Below the pieces are notes generated by a model. It was not told the DNA's origin. It made no database searches and worked only from the letters and a program-made list of their open reading frames with translations. The position numbers were made by a program, and so were the translations under genes. A DNA stretch of 51,807 nt from a virus. Positions 42,251 to 49,153 of this stretch are shown here, piece by piece; position 1 is the stretch's first letter; every line of letters starts with the position of its first letter. Location: positions 1-51,807 of the IMG/VR virus record IMGVR_UViG_3300048919_000084; one strand, written 5' to 3'.

Positions 42251-42719
42251 TTGTCCCATTTGTCCCATTTTCCTGCAATTTTGAGAGTGGGACAAATCGT
42301 GAAAATTTATCCTTATAAAGTAGTAACTTGCGAGCTTGTCCCAACTTGTCCCAAAAAGTGCGGAAAAAAATCCGGGGCACTTTTTAGTGCGAAATGGGAC
42401 ACGATTGGGACAAATATATCTCCCTTAAGTATATGATAATAAAGATTATTATTATTATATGTATATATACTCGTCCCATTTGTCCCATTATCTGCCCCGG
42501 AAATATGAGGGGTGGCATATTGTGGGGAGAAATCTGAATGATAATTCCGGGTTGTTCCGCGCACAAAATATATAAGGGGGGTGGAAAAATCCGGGGCACT
42601 TTTTGGGACAAGGCATTTTTGGGGGTGTCGGCATCTGATTTATAAGGAGTTTTTTGCTCAAATTTGTCCTTGGACAAAAATGTTGACCCAAAAGTTTGTC
42701 CCGGATACAATGGGACAAA
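42251..42719. repeat. non-coding island B: inverted copy of island A (GGGACAA/TTGTCCC array around an A+T-rich core)
   Basis: Boxes at 42251, 42260, 42289, 42336, 42346, 42386, 42397, 42472, 42480, 42605, 42696 and 42712. TTTGTCC-TT-GGACAAA at 42663-42678. The reverse complement of A aligns along its whole length. Confidence 0.85.
42683..42711 (+). promoter_or_regulatory. strong sigma70 promoter TTGACC-17-TACAAT (rightward early promoter)
   Basis: TTGACC at 42683-42688 and TACAAT at 42706-42711. The -10 lies between TTTGTCCC (42695-42702) and GGGACAAA (42712-42719). Confidence 0.7.
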
Positions 42720-42757
42720 TAAATCACAGACCATTGGCACAATAGAGGAAAAAATCC

Positions 42758-43207
42758 ATGCGTGAGAGTAAGTTAGCGTTCAGACACTTCCTGCAGCAGG
42801 CAGCAATGAAGCTCGCGGCGGGTGAAGTCGAAAAGATTGAGTTCAATGCACAGCAGATTAGCATTCGATATGAGGGCCTGGAAAACCCTCCTCAGCACTA
42901 TTTTCGCAATGCCATTAACTCGTACAAGCCGTTTAAGGATGCAGGCCATCTCTGCAAGGTCACAAAGCGCGGCGAGGATTACATGATTACCCTGGTCGAA
43001 GGTGGTCAGGCTTCAATCCGGCCCCGCAATGGATACAGCTCGAACGATATGAGTGACGTGATCGTGAAGGTGGTTCAGGCAGTGATGAGCGCGAAGGTTG
43101 ACGCATCACATCTGACCGGTAAGCAGGCGGAAGCATTCCAGGCTGGTGCTGATGCATATCGTGAGGCGCTGGCTGCAACTCTGGGGGAGATGACCAGTCA
43201 TGGCTAA
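42758..43207 (+). CDS. hypothetical protein (149 aa), first gene of the rightward operon
   Basis: RBS GAGGA. ORF track. Confidence 0.6.
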   Translation: MRESKLAFRHFLQQAAMKLAAGEVEKIEFNAQQISIRYEGLENPPQHYFRNAINSYKPFKDAGHLCKVTKRGEDYMITLVEGGQASIRPRNGYSSNDMSDVIVKVVQAVMSAKVDASHLTGKQAEAFQAGADAYREALAATLGEMTSHG

Positions 43208-43415
43208 AATCTACATTGACTCCACGACAGGGGAAATCCTTGAGAACGTGGTTGAGATTCGCGAGCAGGCCTCAAAGCCACGCGGGCGCATGGTGAAGGT
43301 TACGTGCGGCGCACCAGGTTGCACTAATCAGAAAGACGTGCGCCCGGCTGACCTGGCTCGTGGGTGGGGTAAGTTCTGCAGCAAATCATGCGCAATGAAA
43401 TCGAGGCAATCATGA
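43200..43415 (+). CDS. small Cys4 zinc-binding-like protein (71 aa)
   Basis: CGAPGC...CSKSC. Overlaps the upstream gene by 8 nt. Confidence 0.55.
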   Translation: MAKIYIDSTTGEILENVVEIREQASKPRGRMVKVTCGAPGCTNQKDVRPADLARGWGKFCSKSCAMKSRQS

Positions 43416-43615
43416 GTAATAAACCAGTATTTTGCCGCATCCGTAAAATCGGAGCACACAGCGCAATGAGTGCCATCCATGACGGTCGCATTTATATCAG
43501 ACTTAAAGGCAGGGGTTTTATCTCTGTTGAGGATAAGCCAGGAATTGCTGACTATGTTGCAAGCCAGGTTAAATACAACAAAGACCACTACTTTTATCTA
43601 AAATCTTCCAGTTAG
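43412..43615 (+). CDS. hypothetical protein (67 aa)
   Basis: ATGA overlap with the upstream stop. Confidence 0.5.
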   Translation: MSNKPVFCRIRKIGAHSAMSAIHDGRIYIRLKGRGFISVEDKPGIADYVASQVKYNKDHYFYLKSSS

Positions 43616-43655
43616 CACTTTTTGCTAAACACGCGGGAAAGGATTCCCGTATTAT
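43612..43655 (+). promoter_or_regulatory. marbox-type promoter cassette E3
   Basis: TTAGCACTTTTTGCTAAACA, 18 bp (hairpin CGGGA/TCCCG), TATTAT. 13/14 marbox positions. TAG is the upstream stop. Confidence 0.65.
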
Positions 43656-43702
43656 CTACTCATCGGCAGCAGACAGCAGCCACCAACCAGAGAGATAAAA
43701 AA

Positions 43703-43984
43703 ATGACTACAGCATTCAAAATTGCAGCACTGAACGCACTTTCCAAATCAAACAAATCAAGTGACATTCTGGCAGTTGCATCAATAAGAGTGCGCACCAA
43801 AGCGAAAGAGCTGAAAGTTGGCGATATCGTTAAAAACATCATCACCAAAGAATTCTATCCGGTTGCCAGCATCGACAAAGACAGCCTCTGCTACCTGGTT
43901 ACTCTCGACTGTTGCACATCAGTTGGTGGTAGCGCATTCACTATGGATCTGGTAGGCGATTTCGTTGACGTCTACGCCGCTTAA
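43703..43984 (+). CDS. hypothetical protein (93 aa)
   Basis: ATG after agagagataaaaa. The track TTG start lies inside the promoter box. Confidence 0.55.
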   Translation: MTTAFKIAALNALSKSNKSSDILAVASIRVRTKAKELKVGDIVKNIITKEFYPVASIDKDSLCYLVTLDCCTSVGGSAFTMDLVGDFVDVYAA

Positions 43985-44027
43985 TAGCACGAATTGCAAA
44001 ACCCGGATCGGATGGTTCGGGTATTAT
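43984..44027 (+). promoter_or_regulatory. marbox-type promoter cassette E4
   Basis: ATAGCACGAATTGCAAAACC, 18 bp (hairpin CCCGGA/TTCGGG), TATTAT. 13/14 marbox positions. Confidence 0.65.
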
Positions 44028-44065
44028 CTACTCATCGGCAGTAAAAACTAATCAAGGGGTATATC

Positions 44066-44203
44066 ATGTTCAAACTTTACGTTAAGCACTTCGGCTGTGA
44101 TTATGAGCTGGAGGATACATTCAACAGCAAAGCTGAGGCTGTATCTGCTGGTAAGTTCATGCTTTCCAATGTTCGCGGCGTAGTCAACTACCGCGTCGAA
44201 TAG
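44066..44203 (+). CDS. hypothetical mini-protein (45 aa)
   Basis: ATG 39 nt after the -10 box, RBS aagggg. Stop TAG is part of the next cassette. Confidence 0.4.
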   Translation: MFKLYVKHFGCDYELEDTFNSKAEAVSAGKFMLSNVRGVVNYRVE

Positions 44204-44243
44204 CACGAATTGCAAAACATCGCCCCGCTCAGTGGGGCATAAT
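44200..44243 (+). promoter_or_regulatory. marbox-type promoter cassette E5
   Basis: ATAGCACGAATTGCAAAACA, 18 bp (hairpin GCCCC/GGGGC), CATAAT. 13/14 marbox positions. Confidence 0.65.
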
Positions 44244-44273
44244 CACCACTGAAACAAGCAAAGAGAATTCACC

Positions 44274-44645
44274 ATGCAGCAGATCACCAATGCACTTGAG
44301 CTTTTCAATGCGGCAAATGATTATGGCGACAGCGTTACACCTAAAGATGTTCGTATTGAAAGCAGAAACCACGTCAACCACCATTTCATCAATCGCGCAC
44401 AGTTTATCGCAATGGACAGTGACGGGAAGGTGTACACATACGCACTGAACCCGGCAAGCCTTATCCATGGAGACAGCAAGGAAGGTGATTCGGTGGAGAT
44501 GGAGTGGGAGAATGACTATTGGTGTGCAATGAACGGAACCGTTGCTCGTTACATCGGCACACTCAAGGGGGAGCTTCGTGAACTAATAACCTCAAAGGCA
44601 GCATGCTTCCCAATCGACGACAACTTTTACCCGCTGGGGGAATGA
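44274..44645 (+). CDS. hypothetical protein (123 aa)
   Basis: ORF track. RBS agagaa. Confidence 0.6.
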   Translation: MQQITNALELFNAANDYGDSVTPKDVRIESRNHVNHHFINRAQFIAMDSDGKVYTYALNPASLIHGDSKEGDSVEMEWENDYWCAMNGTVARYIGTLKGELRELITSKAACFPIDDNFYPLGE

Positions 44646-44782
44646 TGAAAACTGTATGCACTTTTTGCGGTGGTTATGGTTGCCACCAAGAACTGGCTCA
44701 AGACTCGGAAGGAAGCGACTTTTGGGTTGAGGAGCAGTGTGAAGACTGCGAAGGAACAGGAGTGATTGACGATGAAGATTAA
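44642..44782 (+). CDS. 46-aa mini-protein with two DnaJ-type CxxCxGxG zinc-finger motifs
   Basis: CTFCGGYG and CEDCEGTG. ATGA overlap with the upstream gene. Confidence 0.5.
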   Translation: MMKTVCTFCGGYGCHQELAQDSEGSDFWVEEQCEDCEGTGVIDDED

Positions 44783-44951
44783 ACTGCATCGCGGTGATTT
44801 CGGTTGGTGGTTCGGCATATCAACTAAATTCAAGCGCGGCATGATGTGGAACCGATGCAGCATTGTGTATGACGGTTGCAGAATGCATGCGCTATGGGTT
44901 CTTGGTGTTGGCTTCCAGTTGTGGGAAGCAGGAAAGGACGGCGAAGTATGA
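44772..44951 (+). CDS. hypothetical protein (59 aa)
   Basis: ATG 9 nt after GGAG. Overlaps the previous ORF by 11 nt. Confidence 0.4.
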   Translation: MKIKLHRGDFGWWFGISTKFKRGMMWNRCSIVYDGCRMHALWVLGVGFQLWEAGKDGEV

Positions 44952-45052
44952 AACATGACTCGCACTACAAAGCCTGGATGATACGCCGCATGGTGGATGC
45001 ATTCCTGTACCATAAGGCGCGGGAGGGGCTTGAGAAGATAATGACCCGATAG
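44948..45052 (+). CDS. hypothetical mini-protein (34 aa)
   Basis: ATGA overlap. Stop TAG embedded in cassette E6. Confidence 0.35.
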   Translation: MKHDSHYKAWMIRRMVDAFLYHKAREGLEKIMTR

Positions 45053-45092
45053 CACTTTTTGCAAAACGCCGCCTGACGTAATCAGGCATAAT
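45049..45092 (+). promoter_or_regulatory. marbox-type promoter cassette E6
   Basis: ATAGCACTTTTTGCAAAACG, 18 bp (hairpin GCCTGA/TCAGGC), CATAAT. 13/14 marbox positions. Confidence 0.65.
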
Positions 45093-45121
45093 TAACACTC
45101 AATCAAAAACGGAGCGGTAAA

Positions 45122-45595
45122 ATGAAAATCAAGGTTAATTTCGGTTTCTGGGATGTGGTTCAATTTCTCCTGAACTGCGCGATCTCAATGCAGACAGGTG
45201 CGCTTGTCGGTAAGATGGTTGTCAGGAGCTTGGAGGGTAGCGGAGCGCCACCAATGGTAACGCTGCTCACCTCTCTGCTGGCAATACTGGCGACAGTGAT
45301 TATCACGGCGAAAGCGCTTTTCAGTTTCGATGCATGGATTAATTCCTTTGTCGAAAGCAAGCGGGGCCGCAAGTACCGAATCCAGATCCTAAACATCCCG
45401 CAAGCATGGTCAATCTGGTTGGTCGATAAGAGCACGACAAACAAGAGCGCATTCAGCGAGGCTGAAGGTTATGGGGTGTTTGGGATCGGGTTCTTCAAGC
45501 ATAAATATGGTGACAAGCTGTTTAATGTTTGCCGCCGAACGCACTTCACAGCTTACCGCTTCTGGCGCTTCTCGGTAGAGATTGGCAAGCGATAG
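45122..45595 (+). CDS. membrane protein (157 aa)
   Basis: Two or three hydrophobic helices (VVQFLLNCAISMQTGALVG; PMVTLLTSLLAILATVIITA). Confidence 0.6.
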   Translation: MKIKVNFGFWDVVQFLLNCAISMQTGALVGKMVVRSLEGSGAPPMVTLLTSLLAILATVIITAKALFSFDAWINSFVESKRGRKYRIQILNIPQAWSIWLVDKSTTNKSAFSEAEGYGVFGIGFFKHKYGDKLFNVCRRTHFTAYRFWRFSVEIGKR

Positions 45596-45635
45596 CACGA
45601 ATTGTTAAACGTGCCCGGCTAATGTCGGGTATTAT
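45592..45635 (+). promoter_or_regulatory. marbox-type promoter cassette E7
   Basis: ATAGCACGAATTGTTAAACG, 18 bp (hairpin CCCGG/TCGGG), TATTAT. 14/14 marbox positions. Confidence 0.65.
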
Positions 45636-45664
45636 TTTATCTCAACCAATCAGGAGTAATGACC

Positions 45665-46198
45665 ATGCAAAAACTGAATGAATTGTTAGAGCAAGCAACG
45701 GAAATTTCCGCCACTCACGGCAGCGAATGGAGCAGCGCACTTTCTCAGGATAAATACGGGAATCAAGCGCACGAGATAATCTGCGATAGCCACGGTGAAA
45801 CTGTAGTTTCAACTGGCAGCAACTCAAATGATGCATCATGGCTTTGTGACTACCTGGAACTTTGCAGCCCACACAATATTCTCGCCATTGCCAAAGAATT
45901 CAGTGCGATGGAGAAGCAGCGTGACGCGCTGGCGGCTGAGAATGTTGCTATGAAGCGTAGCCTTAAAGTTATCGCCTCATCAGAGCAATTGGACGGGGAG
46001 ACTGTTGTGTGCGACTTCGACTCACTTGTATCTGTAGCTGCCGGAGCAGTCAAAACCCCAGCCACCGACACCCACCTGAACTCTGTGCGTGAGAGCTTTT
46101 TGGATGAGGCAATCCATGCACTCGTTGCATCTGGAGCGCAAAGTTTTGGTGATTGCATGGTCGCATTAAACCAACTCCGCGCAGGAGAGCCATCATGA
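45665..46198 (+). CDS. hypothetical protein, paralogue of 46437..47123 (possibly ead/Ea22-like)
   Basis: MQKLNELLEQATEIS...NILAIAKEFSAMEKQ parallels MKELNELFELAKEIS...NILAISEAFRALEQR. Confidence 0.6.
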   Translation: MQKLNELLEQATEISATHGSEWSSALSQDKYGNQAHEIICDSHGETVVSTGSNSNDASWLCDYLELCSPHNILAIAKEFSAMEKQRDALAAENVAMKRSLKVIASSEQLDGETVVCDFDSLVSVAAGAVKTPATDTHLNSVRESFLDEAIHALVASGAQSFGDCMVALNQLRAGEPS

Positions 46199-46437
46199 CA
46201 AGCGAAGAGAAGCAGGCGCTGATTAAGTTTGCTGAAAGCGTTTTGGCTAACTATGAAAGCGGCAGTTATATGGCTGGTACAAAAAGCGAATCGTTAATTC
46301 GAATCGCACTCGCCACCCTCACCGCGCAGCCGGTTAAATGCCAATCTTTTGACGACTATAAACCACACGCTGCGGAAGAGCTTCGTGCCGCATTTATCGC
46401 GGCCATCCGTGCAACAGGCTATGAGGTACAGGAATAA
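46195..46437 (+). CDS. hypothetical protein (80 aa)
   Basis: ATGA overlap. RBS AGGAG 8 nt upstream. Confidence 0.55.
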   Translation: MTSEEKQALIKFAESVLANYESGSYMAGTKSESLIRIALATLTAQPVKCQSFDDYKPHAAEELRAAFIAAIRATGYEVQE

Positions 46438-47123
46438 TGAAAGAGCTGAATGAATTATTTGAGCTGGCGAAAGAAATCAGTTCCAAGCAATGGTTTCTTA
46501 ATGCCGATGAAGAAGTAATCGCGGTCGATAATGATGCGGGGCCGGATGATTCAGGTGAGGCTTTTATCGGATGTGCTGCCAACATTCAGTTGGCAAATTA
46601 TATTGCGGCTGCATCGCCTGAAAACATCCTCGCCATTTCCGAAGCATTCCGGGCGCTGGAGCAGCGAGCAGAAGCAGCAGAGGCTGAGTGCTCAAGACTG
46701 AATCGAGAGTCGCAAAACCTCAGCAGCCAGCTTGGGCAATGTGACCGCGAACGGCGTGTGGCTTTGTCGAAGCTGGCAGGGCTGGTGAAGCAGAAGCCGG
46801 TTGGAACTGTCAGCATCGCTATGGATTGGAACACTCACCGTAATGTTGCGACAGTTAATATGCGCCCTGATCTTGTGGTGTCAGAAATGAAAGACGGTGA
46901 TGAACTATTCACCCGCCCCGCGCCCGCCGTCAGCCTGGCTGAGCTGGTGCCGGATGAATCAGCACTAGCAGATAAGCATATTGAGTGGTTAAGCACTCTA
47001 CAGCGACCAATGTTCTCTGATGAAGATTGGGAAGAGTTAACACTCTATACATGGCTGGCTTTCAGGGACTCTGCAAGGGTTCAACGCGCTGAGATTCTGC
47101 GCAACATTGAGGAGTCAAAATGA
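46437..47123 (+). CDS. hypothetical protein, paralogue of 45665..46198
   Basis: Shared N-terminal and coiled-coil blocks (see 45665). Confidence 0.6.
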   Translation: MKELNELFELAKEISSKQWFLNADEEVIAVDNDAGPDDSGEAFIGCAANIQLANYIAAASPENILAISEAFRALEQRAEAAEAECSRLNRESQNLSSQLGQCDRERRVALSKLAGLVKQKPVGTVSIAMDWNTHRNVATVNMRPDLVVSEMKDGDELFTRPAPAVSLAELVPDESALADKHIEWLSTLQRPMFSDEDWEELTLYTWLAFRDSARVQRAEILRNIEESK

Positions 47124-47458
47124 AAATCGGAACACTTACAACTCAGACTATGGAATCCGGCTCAATGCAGGATGACAAAACCTACAACCTTTATATTCAG
47201 GTTGAATCAATTCCATTTATGTTTGTTCGTGATGAGGGTGGGGTGATTTTAACAGATCAGCTTTCATCAGCTGGAATTCATTTCAGAATGGACCAGTCAA
47301 TGCAATATGACGGCGTGCCGGTTTTAATTACGGGATTAATGTCAGGGGCTGCGATTGTTGTTGTTCAGGAAAAGATGGAGTGGCACTCCTCGCCTGATGT
47401 TGGTGACAAGATGTGGATTAACTTAGATGACCCATACCTGAAATACACTGGAGAATAA
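47120..47458 (+). CDS. hypothetical protein (112 aa)
   Basis: ATGA overlap. Confidence 0.55.
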   Translation: MKIGTLTTQTMESGSMQDDKTYNLYIQVESIPFMFVRDEGGVILTDQLSSAGIHFRMDQSMQYDGVPVLITGLMSGAAIVVVQEKMEWHSSPDVGDKMWINLDDPYLKYTGE

Positions 47459-47460
47459 TC

Positions 47461-47688
47461 ATGCGTCGCCACCAGGTAACATGCACATGCCAGGCTTACG
47501 AGTTCCCTCACAGATTTGGTGGCGGAGCTTGCAGCGGCATGTCAGTAGTTGAGTCTGCCATTGGTGGCGAGCACTGCCAGTCATGCCACCTGCTAAACGG
47601 TGGTTGCGAAGTTCTCAAAGGTCAGGAGCATCCGAGAGAATGCCCTGCTGTCCAGGATTTCATTCAGTATTGGGAAATAAAGCTATAG
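47461..47688 (+). CDS. Cys/His-rich small protein (75 aa)
   Basis: CTCQAYEFPH...C...HCQSCH...C. Confidence 0.55.
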   Translation: MRRHQVTCTCQAYEFPHRFGGGACSGMSVVESAIGGEHCQSCHLLNGGCEVLKGQEHPRECPAVQDFIQYWEIKL

Positions 47689-47728
47689 CACTTTTTGCAA
47701 AACATGCCCGCCGCCGTGCGGGTATTAT
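47685..47728 (+). promoter_or_regulatory. marbox-type promoter cassette E8
   Basis: ATAGCACTTTTTGCAAAACA, 18 bp (hairpin CCCGC/GCGGG), TATTAT. 13/14 marbox positions. Confidence 0.65.
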
Positions 47729-47759
47729 TCTATCAACGCAAACAAATGGAGATTAACCA

Positions 47760-48086
47760 ATGCCAAAACGCAAAGCATTCATTCGCCTCCTGGGTCCAAG
47801 CATTTACAGTGACTCAGCGATAACCAACCTGAATTACCCCATCGTGGTTCAGGCTGAAATTTGCGATATTCTCACTCATCACGCTCACGTGCCGGGTCGA
47901 GTCATGCGAAAGATGTTGGGTTGGGGTTTCTGGGCGGACAGCCTCATCTGGTTCAACCCGATGTATGATGGTGACGGAGAGGTGAGTTGGGAGGAGGTTG
48001 AGATCAATCCATTCACAGCTTGGAACAACCTCAAATCATCGCGAGATGTTGGCGCAATGCCTGCTACGCTCGACGTAATCCGATAA
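47760..48086 (+). CDS. hypothetical protein (108 aa)
   Basis: ORF track. RBS tggaga. Confidence 0.55.
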   Translation: MPKRKAFIRLLGPSIYSDSAITNLNYPIVVQAEICDILTHHAHVPGRVMRKMLGWGFWADSLIWFNPMYDGDGEVSWEEVEINPFTAWNNLKSSRDVGAMPATLDVIR

Positions 48087-48162
48087 GGCGATAAATCACC
48101 AAGGCAAAATATGCACCTCTTAGAATGTCTTTGAGGTGCCTTAAATTAAGGCGAAAAACGCA

Positions 48163-48471
48163 ATGAAATTGAAAGTGACTAAATCTGAGCATCCATCATT
48201 CAAAAAGGGTGATGTTGTCGAGGCAAACAATCCTCAATGGCTGGACAATAAGTACATAATCTCCGGGGTGGGTAACTGGACATTCTTTGCCAATAGAAGC
48301 GGTAACAGATTCTCCATCGGTGGCAAGTTTGGCGATCCTATCGTTAACCTGGTGCCAGTTAAACCTGAGCTGTCCGATTATGAAAAGGCAAAGCGTCGTG
48401 ACATGTGGATTGAGATCGGCGTAGTTGCAGTTGCATCAATCATCCTTCTGGTTGCGGGGTTTATGAAATGA
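48163..48471 (+). CDS. hypothetical protein with C-terminal TMD (102 aa)
   Basis: C-terminal IEIGVVAVASIILLVAGF. Confidence 0.55.
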   Translation: MKLKVTKSEHPSFKKGDVVEANNPQWLDNKYIISGVGNWTFFANRSGNRFSIGGKFGDPIVNLVPVKPELSDYEKAKRRDMWIEIGVVAVASIILLVAGFMK

Positions 48472-48869
48472 AACCATTAAATCTGCGTTGCGTTATAGCG
48501 CCAACTAGATACGACATGCCGGAAGAGCTGGGAGAGCAGGTTCGCGCCAGCTTCCGTGTCGGAAAAACATACCTTGCCTATCTGGTAACTGACAAGCCGG
48601 AGGGTTGGGAGCCGACCTGGACGCTTAGTCACTTCAATATGCCTTTCAGCGTGTTGCGTGATAAGAATAAGCATTACTATTACACTCCTGGAATACCTGG
48701 CCTTTGGTTCTGTGATAAGCCATCTCCTCTTGAAGTTCGCGACACGCGACGTAATTCGGATTGGTATAAGCTGCAGGATAAGCGGGTTGTGCGTCGAATG
48801 CATCGACAGATGGCAAAGACATTTGCTGGTGCAACAGACCTTAAAACAGCCAGAAATCACAAGCGCTAA
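48468..48869 (+). CDS. hypothetical basic protein (133 aa)
   Basis: ATGA overlap. Confidence 0.55.
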   Translation: MKPLNLRCVIAPTRYDMPEELGEQVRASFRVGKTYLAYLVTDKPEGWEPTWTLSHFNMPFSVLRDKNKHYYYTPGIPGLWFCDKPSPLEVRDTRRNSDWYKLQDKRVVRRMHRQMAKTFAGATDLKTARNHKR

Positions 48870-48871
48870 TA

Positions 48872-48900
48872 AAAAAGCCTCCATTGCGGAGGCTTTGTCG
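48872..48900. terminator. bidirectional terminator between convergent genes
   Basis: aaagcctcc-attg-cggaggcttt. Confidence 0.7.
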
Positions 48901-48901
48901 T

Positions 48902-49147
48902 TTATTGGGCTGGAACAGATGCGTAAACAAACTCACCGGAGCCGCGCACCCAGGCGCTGGTGGTTGGAGAGATTGGGCCAATGATTTCACCCTGCTTGAA
49001 AGTGAATTCAGGATCACCAATTTCCGGGGCGGATGAACCGATGTGGACGCGAGCGTAACCATCCTTGGCCTGAGCGGTAACAACCCCAGAGCCGTCAGCA
49101 AATTTAAACCATGCGTCCGGGGCCAGATTCGTTTTTAGTGTAGCCAT
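48902..49147 (-). CDS. hypothetical small beta-rich protein (81 aa)
   Basis: ORF track. Follows the 293-aa gene by 6 nt. Confidence 0.55.
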   Translation of the reverse strand: MATLKTNLAPDAWFKFADGSGVVTAQAKDGYARVHIGSSAPEIGDPEFTFKQGEIIGPISPTTSAWVRGSGEFVYASVPAQ

Positions 49148-49153
49148 TTTGAT

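Noticed and set aside
26554-42719. The inverted islands considered as terminal inverted repeats of a composite transposon or invertible element with its own recombinase.
   Set aside because: No transposase, integrase or invertase motif is seen anywhere in the window. The enclosed genes are core replication and lysis functions. Recombination-mediated inversion remains only a possibility to test.
42132-42742. Several 80-118-aa track ORFs inside island B, and 26543..26752 inside island A.
   Set aside because: They are created by the repeated boxes and the A+T-rich core. They have no RBS, and their frames are not conserved between the two island copies.
44627-45064. 145-aa minus-strand ORF.
   Set aside because: It overlaps four translationally coupled plus-strand ORFs and cassette E6. 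No minus-strand promoter or RBS is present.
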